A stretch of 15,610 bases of DNA from Octopus sinensis (Eukaryota). Shown piece after piece: positions 9,805-15,610 of this stretch (position 1 is the stretch's first letter; every line of letters begins with the position of its first letter). A model generated the notes under the pieces. The model saw nothing but the letters and a program-made list of their open reading frames with translations. It did not search any database and was not told where the DNA came from. The translations under genes were made by a program, and so were the position numbers. The stretch is from contig NW_021825467.1 of assembly GCF_006345805.1 (NCBI RefSeq), positions 1-15,610 on the forward strand, in the 5' to 3' direction.

Positions 9805-9806
<2 letters not shown>
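9236..9806 (+). mobile_element. R4/Dong-like non-LTR retrotransposon 3' end, subfamily 1 (C-terminal restriction-like endonuclease plus 3' UTR); first 10 nt displaced to 7694-7703
   Basis: CLLIDMIIPID...KLSKYKDLEIEISKMWNL...IPVVIGALG...EIQKIVLMRTAHILCKVLSM* (stop 9510-9512) matches the RLE C-terminus of R4/Dong/HERO-type elements; followed by a UTR and (TAA)n. Clade assignment is by motif recall. Confidence 0.85.
9559..9661 (-). repeat. Inverted duplicate of the element's own 5' junction inserted in its 3' UTR
   Basis: Reverse complement of 9559-9649 matches 9236-9326 at 85/91 nt, ungapped; 9650-9661 continues into gtaataaagaac, matching 7686-7699. Confidence 0.95.
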
Positions 9807-9857
<51 letters not shown>

Positions 9858-9871
9858 TAATATAATAACAC

Positions 9872-9921
<50 letters not shown>
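9807..9921. repeat. (TAA)n array between two R4/Dong fragments
   Basis: Near-perfect TAA with one interruption at ~9856-9872. Confidence 0.98.
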
Positions 9922-9923
<2 letters not shown>

Positions 9924-10803
9924 CGCCGTGGAGCCACTGTTGAAACACACGAAGAAGGTCGGTATCATCAAAACTGAAAATTTAAAGAAAAATTTAAACA
10001 AGAAATAAACAAAAAAAAAAAGAAAAGCATGGAAGAAAAAGAACATGTACGGTCAGTTTGCAAGAGATGTGAACGCGAAGACAGATACAGGGGACCGGTA
10101 GCTATTGATGAGGAGGAGTGACTTGAAGATAGAGACAGAACCACTCATATGCGCTCAGGAACAAGTGCAAAGGACCAATTATGTGAAGTGCAGAATAGAC
10201 AACACTACCGATAGCGACAAATGCAGAATGTGTGGTGAGAGGGGTGAAACAGTATGGCACATCGTTAGCAAATGCCCGAAATTGGCACAACACAAATACA
10301 AAAGGATGCCATGAGAATGTGGCAAGAATGATTCATTGGGAATTTTGTGGAAATTACGGCCTACAAAGAGCAAAGACGTGGTATGAGAAAACTCCAGAAG
10401 GAGTCACCGAAAATGAGAATTGCAAAATCCTGTTGCATGCAATGATCCAGTGCGATCACCCAACCAGACATCGGAAACCGAACATTGTTGTGATGAATAA
10501 AAAAAGAAAGAACATGTATGGTAATCGACATAGCGTGCCCCGGTGACAACAGGATCAATGTGAAATTAGAAACAATAAACAACTATGAGGATTTGAAGTT
10601 GGAAATACGAAAGGTTGTGGTCAATGAAGAGAGTAGAATGACACCAATAGTAATTGGTACACTTGTATCAACACGCAACTACCAACATGGCTGAAAAAGA
10701 TTGGTGCAAGTGTGAAGTTAGAATACCTACAAAAACCAGTTTACTGGCTGGGGATAGCTGACGTTTTTACATTATACTCAGCAAAATAAGCTGTGTGTGT
10801 TCA
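9922..10803 (+). mobile_element. R4/Dong-like non-LTR retrotransposon 3' fragment, subfamily 2 (post-RT region, CCHC knuckle, RLE), pseudogenised
   Basis: WKKKNMYGQF, SDLKIETEPLICAQEQ..RTNYVK; zinc knuckle CRMCGERGETVWHIVSKC (C-X2-C-X8-H-X4-C, 10222-10275); NVARMIHW; KTWYEKTPEGVTENENCKIL; RKPNIVV (PD motif degraded); IDIACPGD (10524-10547); YEDLK. Multiple frameshifts; 5'-truncated against (TAA)n. Confidence 0.92.
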
Positions 10804-10837
10804 TTAATATAATAATAATAATATATAATAATAATTG

Positions 10838-10878
<41 letters not shown>

Positions 10879-10950
10879 TATTATTATTATTATTATTATC
10901 ACTAGATTATTATTATTATTTTATTATTATTAGTATTATTATTTTATTAA

Positions 10951-10983
<33 letters not shown>

Positions 10984-11048
10984 CATCATTATATTATTAG
11001 GATTATTATTATATTAATATATATTATTATTATTATATAATCATCATC

Positions 11049-11083
<35 letters not shown>

Positions 11084-11401
11084 CACTATTATTATTATTA
11101 TTATTATTATTATATTATTATTAATATTATTATTATATTATTATTATTATTTCACATCATTATTATTATTATTATTATTATTAATTATCACTATTATTAT
11201 TATTATTATTTTATTATTTTATATTATTATATCATCATCATTTATTATTATTATATTATTATTATCACTATTATTATTATTATTATATTATTATTATTAT
11301 ATTTTATTATAATATTATTATTATTATTATTATTATTATTATCATCATCATTATTATTATTATTATTATTATTATCACTATTATTATTATTATTATTATT
11401 A

Positions 11402-11438
<37 letters not shown>

Positions 11439-11514
11439 ATTATTATTATATTATTATTATTATTATTTATTTATTCATCATCATTATATTATTATTATTT
11501 TATTATTATCACTA

Positions 11515-11549
<35 letters not shown>

Positions 11550-11560
11550 TATTATCATCA

Positions 11561-11591
<31 letters not shown>

Positions 11592-11594
11592 CAC

Positions 11595-11626
<32 letters not shown>

Positions 11627-11828
11627 TATTATTATTATTATTATTATTAATATTATTATTATTATTATTATTATTATCATCATCATTTATTATTATTATT
11701 ATTATATTATTATTATCACTATTATTATTATTATTATTATTATATTTTATTATTAATATTATTATTATTATCATCATCATTATTATTATTATATATTATT
11801 ATTATTATCACTATTATTATTATTATTA

Positions 11829-11862
<34 letters not shown>

Positions 11863-11925
11863 ATTATTATTATTATTATTATTATTATTATCATCATTAT
11901 TATTATTATTATATTATTATTATTA

Positions 11926-11956
<31 letters not shown>
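10804..11956. repeat. (AAT)n switching to a ~1.08-kb imperfect (ATT)n
   Basis: (AAT)n to ~10878, then the reverse-complement repeat with recurring atcact and atcatcat variants. Confidence 0.98.
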
Positions 11957-12011
11957 GTGCGATCACCTAACCAGACATCGGAAACCGAACATTGCTGCGG
12001 TGAATAAAAAA
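11957..12011 (+). mobile_element. 55-bp second copy of the R4/Dong subfamily 2 RLE segment
   Basis: 51/55 identical to 10450-10504 (CDHLTRHRKPNI). Confidence 0.9.
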
Positions 12012-12200
12012 GAAGGTGGGAAGTGTTTCTTCGTCCGTTTGAATATTTCAGTTTTTCCTTTTGGTGTGTTTTTGTCCCTTGCCGTTTTTTTCCTTGTTTG
12101 TTTCTCTTCCCCATGTGATTCATTCCCTGTCACCTTCGTCAAACGATACGTCCAAATGGTCCAAGGCAAGGAGGAGCATGTCTTGGGAGGTCTTTTTGGT

Positions 12201-12618
12201 CTATTGTTGTTTGGGGCTTTCAGTTGCTGTAGTTGGTGCTGTTGCTATTGAGCGAACGGTCTTCGTCCCAGAGCTCGCAAGGTGGGAGAAGTCCGAAACG
12301 TGGTCCTTTGCTATTCGTAAGACTTGCAGAAGAGAAAGCAGGTCAACCCCCGACACCGAGAGCATCGACGGATGGATGAATGTGCATCCAGGCTCAGCGG
12401 TTGCGTAGGAAGTCGGGGGACAAGAAACAGGAAGAAAGAATGAGAGAATGTTGAGGCGAAAGAGTACAACAGGGGTCGCCACCACCCGCTGCCGGAGCCT
12501 CGTGGAGCTTTTGGTATTTTCGCTCAATAAACACACCCAACGCCCGGTCTGGGAATCGAAACAGCGATCCTCCGACCGCGAGTCCGCTGCCCTAACCACT
12601 GGGCCATTGCGCCTCTAC
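12201..12618 (-). mobile_element. tRNA-derived SINE, family C, with degenerate (CAA/CAG)n tail
   Basis: Minus strand starts gtagaggcgcaatggcccagtggttagggc; A box TGGCCCAGTGG (12596-12606), D-stem GCCC/GGGC, B box GTTTCGATTCC (12552-12562); ~290-nt body; tail ~12201-12249. Confidence 0.88.
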
Positions 12619-12664
12619 TTGTAGTTGGTGATGATGTGCTGGCTATTGAGAGCGGTGTTTCTTT

Positions 12665-12848
12665 TAATGCTGTTGCTTCCATTGTTGCTGTTGTTTCTAT
12701 TGTTGCTGCTGCTATGGCTACTGTTGCTACTGTTACTGCTGCATTCGCGGTTGTTGGTTTTAGTATTGCGGTTGTTGTCCTTATTGCTGTTGTGACCGCC
12801 TGCTGCCGTTAGTGCCACTGCTCTTTTTTGTTGGTGTTGCTGCTGCTG
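12665..12848. repeat. Degenerate (TTG/CTG)n low-complexity tract
   Basis: Decayed gttgct/gttgtt/gctgct triplets. Confidence 0.8.
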
Positions 12849-13199
12849 GGATGAAGGTGTAATCAGGAGGGGGAATTCATTCACTCATCTTTGCAGTGGA
12901 GAGAAAGCTTTGAAATAGTTAGGATCAAACACACAAGTGATACCTTAGCTTCCTGTCCTCGATGACCATGCATAGTTGTGAGCCATCTGGTAGACTGCCA
13001 AGGTCCTGATGGATATAAAGCATACGTACAAAAAAAGAATAACACTAAAAATAGTAATCGTCCATTCACGAAGCACGTAATTCGAAGAAGAGATATATCG
13101 AATGAGACAAGAAAGAGAAGCGGATTAAGGATTTCTGTCTTAGTTGATGTATATCTCCCACAATATATCACAGCAGAAAATATCCAAGAAGAGTGAAAG

Positions 13200-13470
13200 A
13201 TAGGAAGTAGAGTTTAAGAAGCGAGTTTCTACGAAGAAACGAAGTTATTGTATGGTAATTTTAAGATACCAATATCTGAGATAAAGACCAAAATATCTTG
13301 GGATTGGTTTTCCCGCAGTGTTATAAATGAGGAAACTGAAGCACTGCTGAGACCAACAGAAAACCAAGCTTTGAATACTGATAAGCGATGCCAGCATATT
13401 CTACATAATGTTTTAGATGACAGAGACAAACGTAAGTTACTTTGAGACTAATGTTTAAATGAAACACAGC
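13200..13470 (+). mobile_element. Old, highly decayed R4/Dong-like remnant
   Basis: LLYGNF...SWDWFSRSVINEETEALLRPTENQALNT resembles the HGQF...SWxWLxxGxLKxETExLIxAAQEQALxTN block also seen at 10045-10190; downstream knuckle not recognisable. Confidence 0.5.
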
Positions 13471-13654
13471 AAGTCTGACATTATTTGTGATGAACGGAGA
13501 TAAGAGTAAATGTCAGATTACTGAAGCTACCAATTCAGGACCTCAAGACATAGACCCGAAAGAATTAAATAATTGTGCTGACTTGAAATTGAAATGATAT
13601 GAATATGGTCCTTTCTATCTTCTGAGAGAGCAGAAGTAACCGAAGAACTTGAAA

Positions 13655-13716
13655 GGTACTTCATTTATTGACCCCAGCGGGATGAAAGGTGAAGTTTTCC
13701 TCAAGAAGAATTTGAT
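13655..13716 (-). mobile_element. SINE family A central-domain fragment
   Basis: Reverse complement atcaaattcttcttgaggaaaacttcacctttcatcccgctggggtcaataaatgaagtacc matches the family A body. Confidence 0.65.
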
Positions 13717-13799
13717 CTTTAATCGCACAGAACTGCAACATGTATGAAAGGCATTTGCCCAACATTCTAACGATTTTGGCAGTCGATCAGATTATTTTA

Positions 13800-13851
13800 T
13801 ACATACATACATACATACATACATACATACATACATACATACATACATACA

Positions 13852-13880
<29 letters not shown>
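13800..13880. repeat. (TACA)20 microsatellite
   Basis: Perfect tetranucleotide run. Confidence 0.99.
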
Positions 13881-13882
<2 letters not shown>

Positions 13883-13896
13883 GTACTTCTTTTTTG

Positions 13897-14028
13897 CTCT
13901 CTCTCTCTCTCTTTTTCTATCTCTATCTCCCCATCTTTACCTCTTAATGTACCACTTTCTACATCTACTCCTACTGTATCTCTTTCTAAACTCTTACCTC
14001 TCTTTCTGCCCCTGCTTGCCCCCATTGC
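13897..14028. repeat. CT-rich degenerate (CT)n tract
   Basis: (CT)n start decaying into pyrimidine-rich sequence. Confidence 0.75.
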
Positions 14029-14029
14029 C

Positions 14030-14576
14030 TACCACGTGACCGGTTTCCGGGAAGACGGTGTTGTTCTTTTTTGCTGTACTTTCGATTTGAGTGGTCATTG
14101 CTAGCCTCAGTTCCCGCTTTGTGCTCTAGGACTTTTTCCATTCCCTCTTTGTGTAACCCCACTAAGTTCGTCCGATAGCTGGAAAGCTCTTCCTGTTGTA
14201 TTTCTGGTATATGTATAATATTTATTATTTTCTTCTGTTGTATATAGCCGTAGGCTTTGTGTTGTTATATATGTATGATTCTTTGTCTGTTGTATATATA
14301 CAATGTCTTATTTGGTTCTGTCTTAGTACACATTCGCTAGCTTTTTCCCAGGAGCTCAATAAAAAGCACTGGCGCCAGCAAAATTGAACAGTATCAATGG
14401 TTATTGGAGCGAAACTGCTACGATGTTTTGCATCATTGACTGGCGAGGAAAACTCAGCTACGAATATTCCGTGTATCATATCTTTGTTTAATCTCCCTTT
14501 CGTTAAGTTTCAGTATAGTTTCCCGTTTACTCTGCTTTCGTCTAACTTCTTGTATTATTTCTGTTCAACCCTCGAT
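14030..14576. mobile_element. Unclassified interspersed repeat, partly duplicated in inverted orientation at 14951-15132
   Basis: 14395-14576 is 161/182 identical to the reverse complement of 14951-15132. Left boundary and class uncertain; no diagnostic protein motif. Confidence 0.55.
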
Positions 14577-14577
14577 A

Positions 14578-14614
14578 ATACATACATACATACATACATA
14601 CATACATACATACA

Positions 14615-14648
<34 letters not shown>

Positions 14649-14950
14649 CATGCGCGCACACACAAACACACGCACGCGCGCACGCACACATACATAACAC
14701 CCGTACATATACATATATAATTATGAGAGTGTATATATGTATACATAATTATATATCTATAGTTATGAGAGTATGTATAGTATAAGCATATATGCGTGTG
14801 TGTATACATATACTATATACATTCTCATAATTATATATGTATACATATGTGTGTGTATGTGTGTGTGTGTGTGTACTTGTATGTATGTATGTATGTATGT
14901 GTATGTATGTATGTATGTATGTATGTATGTATGTATGTATGTATGTATAT
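14578..14950. repeat. Mirror-arranged compound microsatellite (TACA)n-(CA/CG)n-spacer-(TG)n-(TGTA)n
   Basis: Left-half repeats are the reverse complements of right-half repeats. Confidence 0.95.
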
Positions 14951-15132
14951 ATCGAAGGTTGAACAGAAACAATACGAGAAGTTAGACGAAGGCAGAGCAA
15001 ACAGGAAACTATACAAAAACATAACAGACGGAAGATTAGACAAAGACACGATACACGGAATATTCGCAGCTGAGTTTTCCTCGTCAGTCAATGATTCAAA
15101 ACATCATAGCAGTTTCGCTCCAATTACCATTG
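14951..15132. mobile_element. Inverted second copy of the unclassified repeat
   Basis: 88% ungapped identity to the reverse complement of 14395-14576. Confidence 0.85.
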
Positions 15133-15260
15133 TATACATATGGATGTATATGTATGTGTGTGGCCAGATAACCGAAGAGATGATGTGGATTTCCACTTCG
15201 GCATCCGAAACTCAGAGTTTTATCTTGGCTATTGAATAATTGTCACATATTAATTTACAG

Positions 15261-15284
15261 ATATATATATATATATATATATAT
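15261..15284. repeat. (AT)12 microsatellite
   Basis: Perfect dinucleotide run. Confidence 0.98.
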
Positions 15285-15289
15285 AAAGA

Positions 15290-15610
15290 ACAAACAAAAA
15301 AATTAACAAACTAAAGTACTGCCAACAGCAACACACACATTCGACGGCTATCGCACTGCTTGAATCCAAAAAAATATAACCTCCAACAATGCATGAAGAC
15401 CCTCATCAATAACCAAAGATCAGCTGAGGAGAAGTGGGCCATTGAAAAAATCAACTCAACCCAAAGTGTTCTTTTCATTTGCGAGGAAACGCAGGGTCAC
15501 TGCTCCACTGTTGGCCCTCTAATTGACGAAACTGGCACTCTCCAAGATAATGCCAAATCCATGGCCGAGATACATGCAGAAACAATACTGCTCTGTTTTC
15601 AGCAATCCTG
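15290..15610 (+). mobile_element. CR1/L2-group LINE ORF2 fragment (linker between APE endonuclease and RT), frameshifted, runs off the window
   Basis: Stitched frames give NLQQCMKTLINNQRSAEEKWAIEKI.LNPK.FFSFARKRR..STVGPLIDETGTLQDNAKSMAEI.QKQYCSVFSNP, matching the NPKxF(F/W)SY...IGPL...MAExLxxxFxSVF linker signature. Confidence 0.8.

Noticed and set aside
12540-12615. Functional tRNA gene on the minus strand
   Set aside because: Only the D-arm and the A/B boxes are intact. The anticodon, T and acceptor stems are broken, and the sequence continues into a SINE body and tail.
12978-13196. 72-aa ORF as an upstream continuation of the R4-like remnant (RKRSGLRISV vs RKEGGRGL)
   Set aside because: The similarity is too weak to support by eye; needs a profile-HMM search.
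15055-15095. Minus-strand CTGACGA...CGAATATTC as a minimal Penelope-type hammerhead (the left arm has CTGGCGA at ~14440)
   Set aside because: GAAA is GAAT, helix II has essentially one pair, and helix I is only weakly paired. It is worth rechecking only on the family consensus.

Overview
Repeat-saturated, non-coding eukaryotic DNA with no intact protein-coding gene, RNA gene or CRISPR array. The repeat families resemble, from recall and not from a database search, those of Octopus/coleoid cephalopod genomes. Contents in order: tRNA-derived SINE; decayed mariner transposase; 4.8-kb polypyrimidine tract with hidden higher-order duplication; second SINE family with an internal (TA)n(TG)n; a nest of R4/Dong-type non-LTR retrotransposon 3' fragments in (TAA)n arrays, interrupted by a 1.5-kb modular (ATG)n-tailed retroposon; third SINE family; an old R4-like remnant; a ~740-bp fold-back inverted repeat; and a CR1/L2-type LINE fragment. 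All long ORFs in the supplied track are low-complexity artefacts or TE remnants. The most interesting signals are (i) about 13 copies of a compact H-type-pseudoknot-compatible motif in the modular retroposon, (ii) a nested-insertion history that can be reconstructed from a local inverted copy, and (iii) several fold-back structures. Scattered 1-nt indels suggest possible long-read consensus error, so fine detail needs read-level checking.
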